Shown here one piece after another: positions 48,093-60,108 of a DNA stretch of 64,000 nucleotides. The stretch comes from Vitrella brassicaformis CCMP3155. Lineage: Eukaryota > Protista > Chromerida. The notes under the pieces are model-generated. The model was not told the origin of the DNA, searched no databases, and saw nothing but the letters and a program-made list of their open reading frames with translations. The DNA is taken from NCBI GenBank assembly GCA_001179505.1, contig CDMY01000027.1:62001-126000 (forward strand), written 5' to 3'. A program made the translations under genes and the position numbers. The first letter of the stretch is position 1; the number at the start of each line of letters is the position of its first letter.

Positions 48093-50511
48093 ACAGGAGA
48101 GAGGGGCGGGTTAGGTCATCAATCAACACATGTATGCCCCGCTCATCCGCGTGGTCTCACATGTGTGTGTGTCAGGCGCCAGGATACACTCGTTTGAGTG
48201 AGGCGGGCAGCCCCGGTAGCGAGAGCAACAAGAGCTTCAGCGTCAACCGAATGCGGACCGGCAGCAGCAGGACCAGGCCCCCTCTCCACCCCCTCACACA
48301 CACGGCCAAGTCGCCTTCCGGTTCCCAGAGCGTCGACATCGCTCTGCCGCCCCCCATCCCCCGTCCGATGCGGTCCACCCGGCCGCCCCTCCCCGTCCAT
48401 GTGCCGCTGCCACACGCACCCACACGGAAAGGCGAGTTCGAGCAAATGTCGCGGAGGGAGATGCAGGAGAGAAATGTGTCTATCATCCAGGTGAGGTGGG
48501 TAGATACGATTGGATGGATGGATGGATGGAGGGGCGTGAAAGTGGCTCTCTCCCTCCCTCTGTGTGTGTGTGTGTGTCAGTTGCGAGATCAGCTGCACGA
48601 CATCGAGAGCGAGCAGAGCTGGGACCGTGTTCGCCACGGGCGGGAGCTGTCGGACCTCCAGACGCAGCTGAGGCATCGGGACGATCAGCTGCAGAAGATC
48701 AAAAGAGAAGTCGCACAGCTCAAGGAAGAGGAGCACGCTGCACAAATAGAGCTGGCGCAGCTGGAGCAGAAACGCCTGGCCATCCTCAACACAAAGACGG
48801 CAGCAGCAGCAGCAGCATCGGCAGCAGCAGACACTTTCACTACCGAATCCACCGACCTCCCCACCCCCTCGGATGTGACCAAGGCCCTGCAGAAGACGGC
48901 CACGGAGCTGATACAGCTAGATGAGCGAGTGGGCGAGCAGGCGCAGCGAATCAGCGAGCTGGAGCAGCAGCAGAGGATGGCGGACCAGCTGGGCGGCCAA
49001 TTGCGGGACGGCATCAGCGCCAGGGCGGCGCAGATGGACGGCGAGGTCGGCAGCCTCGCATCTAGCCTGGCACAGAGGGTCGAGGACATACACCGACTCA
49101 AGTGCCAGCTGGCTGCCAAGAAAGGTCCTCACAGACAGACAGACAGACAGACAAAGAGGTCCATCCATCCATCCATCCATCGCCCTTTTCTCTTTTTCTC
49201 TCTCTCAGCAACGAGCGCGGCATCATCCCCACCAGAAAGAGATGACGAGAACCATGAGCTGCAGGAGGGCGAGAGGCGTGTGACCGAGAGGCGGGTGGAG
49301 GTGGACAGGCTGCGGCAGCGTGTGGCGACTTATGCCAAGCAGAAGGAGGACCTGGAGAGGGCGCTGGGTACCAAGGACCAGCTGCTAGTGACGGTGCAGC
49401 TGCAGCTCGACCAGGCCAAGCGCACTGTGGAGGAGCAGGAAGCCGAAATCAAAGTGCTCCGCTCCGAGAAACAACCAGAGGTGAGAGAGGGGGGGATACG
49501 GAGAGAAAGGCCGACCCGACCCATCCACGCATCCATCCATCCCTCTCTGCGTGTGTGGTACGGTACCTCAGCTGATCTCTGTGCTGAACCGCTACCCCAC
49601 ATCTGCCGAGAGGCAGGTGTGGACTGGCGCCAAGGAGAGGGAGAGAGAGACGCTGAGCCTCCCGCCCCCCTCGCCCACCCACAGAGCACTCGACCGCCCA
49701 CCGCCCATTGCCACCGGCAGCAGCACCAGCAGCAGCGAGCGAGTGGATGCGCTGCTGGAAAAGTTCTCCAGTGCCCGCCTGCTGAAGGTGTCCTTTCTGC
49801 GCGAGCCGGGCAAGGACGGACGGTACCGCTATGGGAGCCAGGTGGTGACTTTAGCAGCCCGCGAAAAACCCTCTGTGCTGGCGCTGTCGCCGCCGTCCTC
49901 CCCTTCTGAGATAGGCAAGACCATCATGGTGCACTACGGCAAAAGTAAGTGAGTGAGCCGCAGGAGAGAGAGGGGGCAGGGGGCGGGAAGGACAGTAAAG
50001 TCAATGGGTGGATTGTGTTATCTTGTGTTGTGTGCCATCTAGATTCGGTGTTGCCGATGGAGGAGTTCGTGTCTCGTTTCGAGGCTGAGGAGCTCAGTGG
50101 TGCGGCCCTCAGGCCACCCACAGCCACTCCCGCCGTCACCACCGAGCCCCAGCCCGACGACAAGGACGCGTTCGAGAGCGGGCCTGCTGACCCCAGGTGG
50201 ACAGACCCACCCCTCACTGCTGCGGCCGGTGATGACGCCCAACACCAACTGTCGCAGGTGAGCATAAGGACACACGTATGGATGCGTGTGTGTGTGCGTG
50301 TGTTTATCCGTGCCTTGTGCGTGTTTGGATCACTCAGGGTGGTGGTGGTGGTGTTGAGGGTTGGGTGTCGTTCGCTCGAGAGAGTGAGGGTGTGTGGCCG
50401 TCCCACCCACCGCCTGATGGAACGACACACGTGTCGTTCGACGGGCCTGTAGCGCAGGAGCAGCCGATGGATGATGCCTTTCGTGAGATGGATGCCGCCC
50501 AGTGGGGGTGA
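47385..50511 (+). CDS. Pro-rich/coiled-coil protein with a C-terminal GAS2(GAR)-like domain
   Basis: Pro-rich exon 1 and long heptad-rich exons (LRDQLHDIE..., RVEVDRLRQRV...). Then VDALLEKF...GKDGRYRYGSQVV...TIMVHYGK|VLPMEEFVSRFEAEEL, which resembles the GAR consensus (G-x-Y-x-F/Y-G ... MV-x-x-G ... hEEF). Confidence 0.7.
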
Positions 50512-51072
50512 GGTGAGTGGCTCTTTTAATCAATTCAGCAGGGGAGTGAGGGAGCATTTTGATGATAGGAGGGGATGGGAGGAGAGGGGTGTCTGTAGTT
50601 GGGTGCATGTGGGACTCTGGCCGACGAGGTGAGACCAAGCGCTGTCTGTGTATGCATCCATCCATCCATCCATCAATTCTTGAGTGCGACTTGAGTTATG
50701 CATTGAGTGAGTCGGTAGGTACCTACCGACACATAGCCTTCCTTGTCCACTCCACACACGTACATTCATGCAATCCATAGAGAGGGGGTGGGAGAGGAGG
50801 TGGGCCTGGCCTGGCCCAGCCATCCCACTCATCGCGCCTGTAAGAACACACCGTGGAACACACAAATTCTCTGGAGTGAGAGATGCTGGGTAGTGAGGGT
50901 CTCATGGGGCCTACGTGGATAGTGGTTTTCAAGCCAATTCGCTTCGTCTGGCGCTAAGGGGTCTGGCGGCCAGGCGGATCGCAACGGAGCTCGCATGATA
51001 GGGACCGAATTCGAGATTCGGTGCCCACTTGATTGTGTGCACTCGATGTCGGAGCTAATACTAGCGAAAGAG

Positions 51073-51696
51073 ATGGAGAAGTCGTTGAGAAACCTTCGGT
51101 CAAGGCGAGCACTCTCGTCCACATTCGGTGTGATCTTCTCGAGATCTGCCGATTACCTGCGCTGTCCTCTCCCAGCCCTCCTCGCCTGCTCAAGTCCCCC
51201 AGAAGCGGCTGCCGCATTGCAAGCAGCCCACCATCTCACCGGCATTGGCGCAAAGCCGCATGCAGCCTCTTATTATGGCGCCCCTGATCTCCGTCCTCCC
51301 ATCAGCATGACGTCAGCAGCAGGACATCTGGGCTTCCTGAGGACCAGCCTGTCACCATTTGCTCTTCCCGCGCCCGTCCCTCTGACTTGCAGCCGTCACC
51401 GTGTGATTGAGGCGCCATCCAGGCCTCTGCGCATCGCTGACGACAGCGACGGCAGCCGCCGCTTCATCGACGAGCCGACGAGTGACACCGCAAAGGAGAT
51501 TGGCGACGATGCCTTGTCGCGACCTGTGGTGGGGTATGGGTGCATCGGTCACGAGTCGAAGCTGTATCGGCGGCGGCGGGCGCAGTTCCACAAGATCCGT
51601 GGGAAGATTGGCCTGCGTAAGGTGGACTGTGGGTTCTTCTGGCCGAGGTACAAGGCATTCAGGAGGAAGGTCAAGATGGGCAGGAAGTTCATTTGA
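51073..51696 (+). CDS. Intronless hypothetical protein with a transit-peptide-like N-terminus and a very basic C-terminal peptide
   Basis: MEKSLRNLRSRRALSSTF... ending YGCIGHESKLYRRRRAQFHKIRGKIGLRKVDCGFFWPRYKAFRRKVKMGRKFI*. The ORF is open from 50995. Confidence 0.65.
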   Translation: MEKSLRNLRSRRALSSTFGVIFSRSADYLRCPLPALLACSSPPEAAAALQAAHHLTGIGAKPHAASYYGAPDLRPPISMTSAAGHLGFLRTSLSPFALPAPVPLTCSRHRVIEAPSRPLRIADDSDGSRRFIDEPTSDTAKEIGDDALSRPVVGYGCIGHESKLYRRRRAQFHKIRGKIGLRKVDCGFFWPRYKAFRRKVKMGRKFI

Positions 51697-52199
51697 CTTA
51701 CTTCGCGATGTTGGGACGGATATGGCGGGAGGGAGGAAGGTCTCTGTGAGTGAGCGGGGATGGGAGCAGTGAGGGACTGAGTGAATGGATGTCGCCTCGC
51801 TGGCCTGCATGTATGTGATGTGTGGACTCGCTCATCGGTGAATGAACCATCCTAATGTCAATGCATCGATGTGTGGCCTGCCTGTTGTGCAGCTCGCCAA
51901 GCCGATCTATCTGCTTTGAACCAGTCAGTCAGTCAGTCAGCATGTCTGTCTGTCTGTCTGTCTACGAAGATGCAACATGCAACATGCAACATGCACTCAC
52001 ACATGCATCCATCATGGACCTTCCAAGTCAGTCAGCTTTAGCTACCGGTCTACCTGTCTGTCTACACCCTTCCCGCCAGCCATCCATCCATCCATCCATG
52101 CAAGCATCAGTCCCTCCTCGCGATCGATCGGTTGGCAGACAGATAGCTACTCTACAGCCGGCCACCCATCATCCCTCCTTTGATCCTTCCTCTCACCCA

Positions 52200-55100
52200 T
52201 CATGTGATGGTGCCCATGAGCTCGTCGTCATCGTTGTCCTGCTGCTGCTGCCCAGCACTCGCTGCTGCCGGCGTCTCACTCGCAGACAAGTGCCTGACAC
52301 ACACATGGGGCCGGCACGAGTTTGTGTGGGTGTGTGGGGGGGGGGAGAGGTTTGTTTGGCGTACTGTTGTGCCTCGGCGAGAGAGACGGCCCCCGGCCCG
52401 GGGCACTCTTCGAAGGTGATGAGTGCGATGCCCTTGTGCTGAATTTCCGCCACCAAATCGCTGCGGCGGCCGTACAGCTTGCGCAGCAAATCGTTGAACC
52501 TGCACCCACGCACAAGCAGACACAAAATACTGTGTGTGTCTGTGTGTGTGTGCGGACTGGACTGTATTGTGTGTACTGTTGCGGTTTGGTCTTGTCGATG
52601 GATTTGCTCCTGAACTCCTCGATGGCCTCAAACGCACGGCGGCTGCCGCCGCCCTCCCGGTCCTGTCAGCCCACCCACACACACCCACACACAGCACGAG
52701 TCATGTCAGGCGTAATGCGTCACGTGGCCGCCTGTCTGTCTGTCTGTCTGTAATGAGATAGATACATCGATGAGTTGCTCGATGCAGAACGCCATGGCCT
52801 CAAACACATCCGACACCTCGTGGTCCGTCTTGGCCTTGTCCAGAAGATCCTGCAACCGACCGACCGACCCACACACACACACACACATCCATTATACGTA
52901 CGACGCTCCCATGACGGGTTCTCACATTGAAGTGTTTGATGGTTTGTCCGGTGCTGATGGTGTGTTTGGTGCGCTTGTCAGCCGGCAGCTGCTGCTCGCT
53001 GTCGTCCTCCTCCTCTACCTTTGGCACCCTCTGGCCGCCCATGCCGTCGTCGTCTCCCTCTACCTTCAGGTTCTCGAGGTCGGCATGGAACACATTCTCA
53101 TCCTGATCATCGACATACACATACATACACCACACACACATGGACGAACGAGATCTGTGTGTGTGTGAGTGTATCTGGATGCGCTGCGCACCTTCTGTTT
53201 CAACACCTCACGCCAGTAGCGCTTGCGCCCCACGGCCTTGGCCTCAACTGCATGCATTGCAGACATGTGGTGTGTGTCACACACACACAAGCAAACGAAG
53301 CCTCGCATACATACATGTCATGTGTGTGGTGTGTCCCCTCAAGAGACAGACGTACGCACCTTTCTGGAATGTGAAGGCTCCATTGATCTGATCTACGGCG
53401 GGCTGGGCGGCAGACGCCAACTCGGTGTCGGGACGCAAGTAGCTGACAAATTACACACATGGATGGATGGATGGACCACACAAGACAACGAGCGCCCCAC
53501 ACCCTGATTACACCCAGCCCATCTGGGTGGGTGGGTGAATGCAATGCAGCAGTGGATGCAGTGGATGTGATGCACCTACCTGTTGATTTTCTCGTCGAGT
53601 TCAGGAATGGGTGCCTGTGGGTCGAAGGCGCGCACGAGGAGCGCCTGGAAGAACCGCTGGTTGGTGGGATTGTAGGTGTCGCGGGGCCGCAGCAACTCGT
53701 CACTCCCCTTGACGCCCTCCTCATCCTCCTCGTCATCCTCACCTTCACCACCACTGACACACATCAATGTCAACACAACACATCACATGCCACACAAACG
53801 TCCTTTCTTTCTCTCTCTGTATGTGTGTGGGGAGAGAGGGTGGGGGAGGGGGAGGTCCATGGGTGCGTACGTGTGTTTGGTCATCTTCATGCTATCGATC
53901 AGTGTGTCTACGGCGTTGAGCTGAGCCTCGCTGGGCGCCTTCATGGCCTCCAAATTCCTTTACACACACACACACACACACCAGAGAGAGAGAGAGAGAG
54001 AGTGCATTTGCGCTAGTGGTGTGTATGTCAATCTTACGGGAAGTCGAGCGTGCGCATGTCCTCGTGGTAGGGAATGGGGTTGAGATACAGACACTTCTTG
54101 GTGCGCTTCGCCTCTAACACACATCACATTACATCACATCACATCACATCACCACATCACACCACACCACACCACACACAGGGATGCATCCGTGTCTGCG
54201 CATCCCTCCCTCCCTCCCTCGGCGGGTCGGTCCCTCACCTGGCCGGAGTATGCAGAGTTTGGGTTGGGCATTCTTGCAGTATGAATATTTGCAGATGAGG
54301 TACAGGCGCAGCTCCTCGAGCGCCTGGGCCACGGCAGCCAGCGCCTCGGCCGCCGGCTTGTTGTGCTCCTCCGCCACCACGCACTCACACGGCGGCATCA
54401 GGTAGTGAGCTGACCCAACCACGCACACACAGGCAGGCAGGCAGGACACACAATGGATGGATGGATGGATTGATGGATGGATGGACGGATGGCCGCACAG
54501 ATGTGTGTGTGTGTGTGTGGATTGGGAGTAGGGGGTAGCGGTAGGTACATGGGATGTCGGATGCAGACACGGCCCCAATACACACCATGTTGCTGCCATG
54601 CCAGCCAGCCAGCCAGCCAGCCAAGGCACACAGATGCAACGCATCGCAACGCAACACAACAGACAGAGAGGGGAGGGGGAGGGAGGGGCATGCTTAGCTT
54701 AGCTTAGCTTTGCTTACCGGTCACATTGGTATTTCGTGATGTTTTCGATTTGGTGCTCGGCGACGGCCACTGTGGTCTCGCCGAAGCGGAAACCCTTAGC
54801 GATGTCCATCAGCTGGATGTCAGCATCTGAAACACACCACAACACAAGACACACACACACACACACGCACACACACACACACGCCCGTGTGCGCGTGGTG
54901 GTTTGTTTGTGTATATGTGTGTGTGTGCGCGTGTGTTTACCATCCTCGTCGTCGCCTACTCCGACTTTCTGGTACTGGGTGTCGGTTCTCACTTGGTCAC
55001 CGTCCTCGGTGGGGACTTTCAGCTGAACAACACATACACAGACAGACAGACAGACCCAGACAACACAAAGGGCAATGAACACATGTGTGCGTGTGTTTGT

Positions 55101-57185
55101 ATGCGTGTGTGGAGGGGAGGAGGGGAGGGGAGGAGGGGAGGGAGGGGCTGGATGTCTACCTTTTTCTTGGCCGTGGGGAGGGGCTCCCGCTTGCACTTGA
55201 TGTAGCTCCACACCGGGATCTGCACAGACATCCACACACACGTCATATATATGTTATAGATCATGTTGGATGGCGGTCTCGTTCGATCCCGCCCATCCCC
55301 CACGCCCCCAGGTCAGCCGACCTTCATGTTGGGGTGTATCTGGAGAATTTCCCTGTACTTGGTACGCTGCAACTTGACCTTCTTCCTGAAACAAACCACA
55401 CACACAGAGGGAGAGGGAGATGGGATACTGTAGACAGGTAGAAGAGCATTCTCTCCTGCGGATGGGTCGGTGGAGGTACGGTACACACATGAAGAGTCTG
55501 AGGTTGTCTAGCACGTTGGTCGACGGCTGCACAATCCCATCTGCACACATATACACAACACGACACACACACATACACACCCATGCATTAATGCATGCAG
55601 TGGGTGACACCTGCCTGCCTGCCTGCGTGCATGCCTACCTGTCTTGTTGGCCATGTCCTGCAGAAACCCCTCTACCTTAGCCTACGCCACACCAATAAAC
55701 ACACACACATCCACCACAACAAACAACCACGCACATCCGCACCGCAACACAGCGACATCTCTCTCCCTCACTCACTCACTCACCCGGTGTCCGTCGTCGT
55801 CGGCCCCCGTCCCCCCCGCACTCGCCGCTGCCGCCCCACCCCCACCCCCATCCCCCGACCCACCCCCGGCAGTGATGTCGGTGTCGCCCGTGAAGCCGAT
55901 GCCGATGGTGTAGAGAGGACACTCCATCTCCTGCACATGTGGGCTGGGCGTCATGTCGATGTGGGGGGGCGGGGGGGCGTGGTGTGCGTGTGCGTTGGGT
56001 TTGGTGTTTGCCTGGCGTGCGGTGCGCACCTTCATTTTGTCTAGGAGTGCAGCGATGCCATCCTCCTCTCCAGCAGGGTCAAATGTGCACAGGCCGTTGG
56101 TGTAGAGGAAGATCTGACACACACACAAAGAAAGGAGCGAGTGAGTGACCACACAGACAGACACACACACGCACACACACAGGAAGGAACGAGGCTATTT
56201 TGTGGTGTGATGTGATGTGGTGTGATGTGATGTGATGCTTGTTGGTTTGGCCGCCTGGCTACCATCTTCTTGTATTTCTTCCCCAGGTAGGTATTGCCCT
56301 TCGACAACAGGTCACACGCTGAAACACAACACAACACAGCACATCACGCACACACACACACAGATGGTCTCCAAGACTGTCCTGTCTATCCCGGACGGCC
56401 GGCTGGTGTGGTATTGTAGATACCTACCCACGAACAGCGCGTCGAGTAGGTTGCTCTCGGCGTCCTCACACCCCTGGTCCATCACCTCCTTGACCAACCT
56501 GACGCTGCCGTCGCCCAACTTAACACACACACACACACACACAAACACGCGCATCAGACTCACGCCCATGATATCGTTGTGTGTGTGAGGGTGTCGGTCG
56601 GTCGGCGCGTACCCCCGTTTTGTTGGATGAGTATCTGAGTGTGGTGACGTTGTGGTAGCCCTCGCCCTCGACCTCGTCGTGCATCGAGTTGCTCGTCTCT
56701 GCAGATGGGGTAGACAACACACGCGCACCCACTGCATCCCTTACACACACCGCCACACCGCCACACCGCCACGTGTAGCACACTACGGCACAGCACCTAT
56801 GTGCTGTGCTGTGCTGTGCTGTGCTGTGCGGTGTTGTGCTGTGTTGTGTGGCTGGCATCGCCCCACGCCCATCGACCGACCTTGAGTGCCCATGCAGACG
56901 ACGGCGAGCTGCTGCTTGGGGTTCAGCAGCAGCTTGTGCTTCAACTGATCTATCACCGCATCCTACACAGACACACACACACACACATATACGCGCATCC
57001 ATGGCCGCATCCGTGTGTGTGCGTAGGTGGGGAGGCCAGGCCGTGTTTGTGTGTGCGGACGTTACGTTGGTGCGCACCTTGGCAAGGGTGAAGTGTGTCT
57101 TGGTGTCGTCTTGGTCGTCGAGTTTGGCCGCCATGGTGCGGCCGCAGTCCAGGATGATCACAGCCGCCTCCTTCGGCTGGCCCAT
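52200..57185 (-). CDS. KU80: Ku80 (ATP-dependent DNA helicase II subunit 2, NHEJ); many exons
   Basis: vWA start KEAAVIILDCG. AKGFRFGETTV. LYLNPIPYHEDMR. LRPRDTYNPTNQRFFQAL. C-terminal domain FNDLLRKL...GIALITFEE...VSLAEAQQY and terminal DDDELMGTIT*. Confidence 0.92.
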
Positions 57186-57440
57186 GGCGGCGAACAGATG
57201 CTATCCAGCTCTCGCTATCCTCCAACAACAACGCCGCAACCGGTTCTCTCGCCGACAAATGCGCGCTCAAAAACAGAGCGAGCAGTTTCACGGAATCAGA
57301 GCAGATCTTGCTGGTCGTTCGTTCGTTCGTCGTTTGATATCCTTCACCCCCTTCTGCAGTACACAGATCTTGCAGCAGCTGCAGCTGTTCATTCCTTCTT
57401 AAGGAAGCATCGTTCATTTATCCGTTCATTGGGTTTCGCC

Positions 57441-57784
57441 ATGCCCGCCACAGCTACGGAGCCGTCCGCCACCTCTTCCCTCCTCCCCCTTGCCGCCCTC
57501 TCGGCCGGCGTCGTCTGCCTCGTCGGCCTCGAGGAGCTCATCCGCATACAGCGCAAGAAGAACCAAAAGCAGGTCGCCAACAGCCCCTCTGCCGAAGACA
57601 CAAACAAGCAGGCGACGAGAGGTGTGCATGGGATCAGCGCTGAGGAGGGGAAGGCGCTGCGTGACCCGCCGTGTGTGCCCCTGTCAATCGCCGAGTCACT
57701 CGCTCAGTTCGGCGACCCAAAGTTGCCGCTTCTGTAAGGGAGCAGTGGATGTGGATGCCGGGCGGGAGCGCATGGAGAGATAGG

Positions 57785-57832
<48 letters not shown>

Positions 57833-58021
57833 CTGTGTGTGTGGTCATTTAGGTATGCGCATTGGCGTGATGAGTTGGAGAGCGAGGTGTACTACTACCA
57901 GCTGCCGCTGGGGAAGCGCATCTATGTCGTGACCGACTGGACCTGCTTCCCACAGCTGCTCGGGGCCGGTGCGTAAGGGCAGAAGTGCATTTATGTCGCC
58001 CATCCATCCATCCATCCATGG

Positions 58022-58058
<37 letters not shown>

Positions 58059-60108
58059 TGTGGCCTCCATCGATCAGATGGTCTGGAGAAGGCCACAGCG
58101 TTCCGCGCTTTCGACCTCCGCCGTGGCGGCTCCTTGAGCAAAACAGAGTGGAGCATCTTCTCCCGCAGGACAGTCGGCGAGGGCTGGCACCCAATCCGCA
58201 AAGCACTCGCACCCGCATTCGCGTTAGCCACAGTCACAGTCCCACACACATACACACACGCACGCACACAGAGGACCGTCCGTCCATCCATGTGTGTGGT
58301 GTGGTGTGGTGTGGTGTGGTGTGTGCAGCACTAAGGCGCTGGCAACCAAGGTGCCCGCGTACCACCGTTCGCTGGGCGGATTCTGCGGTGCGCTGGACAA
58401 GGCGGCGGCCGAGGGCGTGTCGGTGCCCATGGACCAGTGGGCTCTCAGGCTCACCATCGACGTCATCGGCGAAACGGCATTCGGGTACAGAGGGACGGAC
58501 ATGTGCAATGCACACTGCACAGCGCCGGCCACGACATTTACCATTGATTGCTTTGCGTGTGTATTGTATGCCATCTCTCTCTGTGTGTGGGTCTCTGTGT
58601 GTGTGTGTAAGGTATTCGTTCCACGCGTTTGACGAGGGTCGCAACGGTGACGCGCTGACATTTCTGGACGGCGTCGATTACATGTTGAAGTTCCTCACCG
58701 ACAACATCTACAACCCTTTAAAGTAAAGACCAACGGACATACAGATAAGGATGGATGGATGGATGGATTGGTGGCTGTAGGCCCTATATGCTGTGGCACA
58801 AGGACGTTCGCGAGTTCCACGCCAAGCAGAGGGCGGTGAGAGAGATCTGCGAGAAGGTCGACAAACACTTCATCGACACGCCCATCGAACAGAGAGACGT
58901 ACGTGAGTGACACCGCGGCCCAGCCAACCATACACACCGCACCTGTATGTGTGTGGGTGTGTGCGGTAGCCGACGTCGATCATGTCTTACATCCACAAGG
59001 CCCCCTACGAGGATTACTACGAGCGCCTTGCCGATGTTTACATACTGCTCATTGCTGGCCACGACACGACGGGCTACAGCCTGGCGTGGGGCATCTACCA
59101 CCTGGCCAGCAACCCACTCGTCCTCAAGAAGCTGCAGCAGGTCACTCAACCTGATGAATGAATGGGTGGATGGATGGATGGATGGATGAGCGATAGAGCG
59201 ATCTTCTTTGTTTGCAGGAGCTGGATGGCGCGAGCTTCGCTGGCGAGTTCCCGAACTACGACGAGCTGTCCAGCCTCACATACTTCAACGCTGTCGTCAA
59301 AGAGATCATGCGCATGTAACCCTACCAAAGGGGCAGAGAATCCACACACACACAGCACAGAGGAACGTAGACCACGTGCCATTGTCTGTCTGTCTGTCTG
59401 TTGGCTCACTCCCTCACTCACTCAGCACGACGGTGGCGTCAAATGGTCAGTTCCGCGCCGTCGACCGGGGCGTGAAGCTCACTTCCAAGGGCGTCGACTA
59501 CTACATACCTCCTGGCTATGAGGTGGTGGTGCCCTTCCTCCCCACATTAACCGCTGCAGACATGTACGCGACACACTCGTGCTCCCATTCTTACCTGTCA
59601 GTCAGCGATCTCATCGATCTCCCGTGTGTGTGTGTGTTAGATGGGGTGACGGCAAGGTGTTCCGTCCGGAACGATGGCTGGAGGCGAGCGAGGAGCAACT
59701 GAAGCTCTACAACAAGGTGATGCAGCCATTCGGCGTTGGACCGAGGGCATGTATCGGGCAGAACCTGGCTACGATTGAGGTGAGTCCATCTCCCTCTCTC
59801 TGCCTGACAGATGCCCGCACAAACACACGCCCAAACAAATGGATGAATGCGTGTGTGTGTGTGTGTGTGTGTCAGATTCGCCTGACGTTGGCTGCGCTGT
59901 TCCGCCGTTATTGGTTTGAGGTCACCACCGAGCCCGAGCCGTATTTCGCAATCACGTAGGGCCCCCACACACCCACACAGAGGGAGGGAGGAATGTCCTT
60001 CATCGCCCTAAACCCTTTGTCTCTCTCTCTTTCTCTGTGTGTGTGTGACGTGTGTGCATCAGCTACAAGCCGCGAGGGCTCCAGGTGAAGCCCATCAAGC
60101 GAACATGA
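57441..60108 (+). CDS. Cytochrome P450
   Basis: N-terminal anchor LLPLAALSAGVVCLVGL. I-helix LIAGHDTT. K-helix KEIMR. FRPERW. Heme motif FGVGPRACIG at 59729-59758. Stop TGA 60106-60108. Confidence 0.96.

Noticed and set aside
54691-54717. (GCTTA)n run beside a Ku80 donor site
   Set aside because: A simple pentanucleotide microsatellite; only the first GTAAGC gives a usable frame.
16120-55600. Multiple TGCATGCA octamers (ApiAP2-type motif)
   Set aside because: Most copies are intronic or next to acceptors (atgcag) and are not concentrated in promoters in this window.
21689-60108. Lipid biosynthetic gene cluster (fusion enzyme, MFS transporter, P450)
   Set aside because: The genes are 17-30 kb apart and separated by unrelated housekeeping genes, so there is no evidence of clustering.
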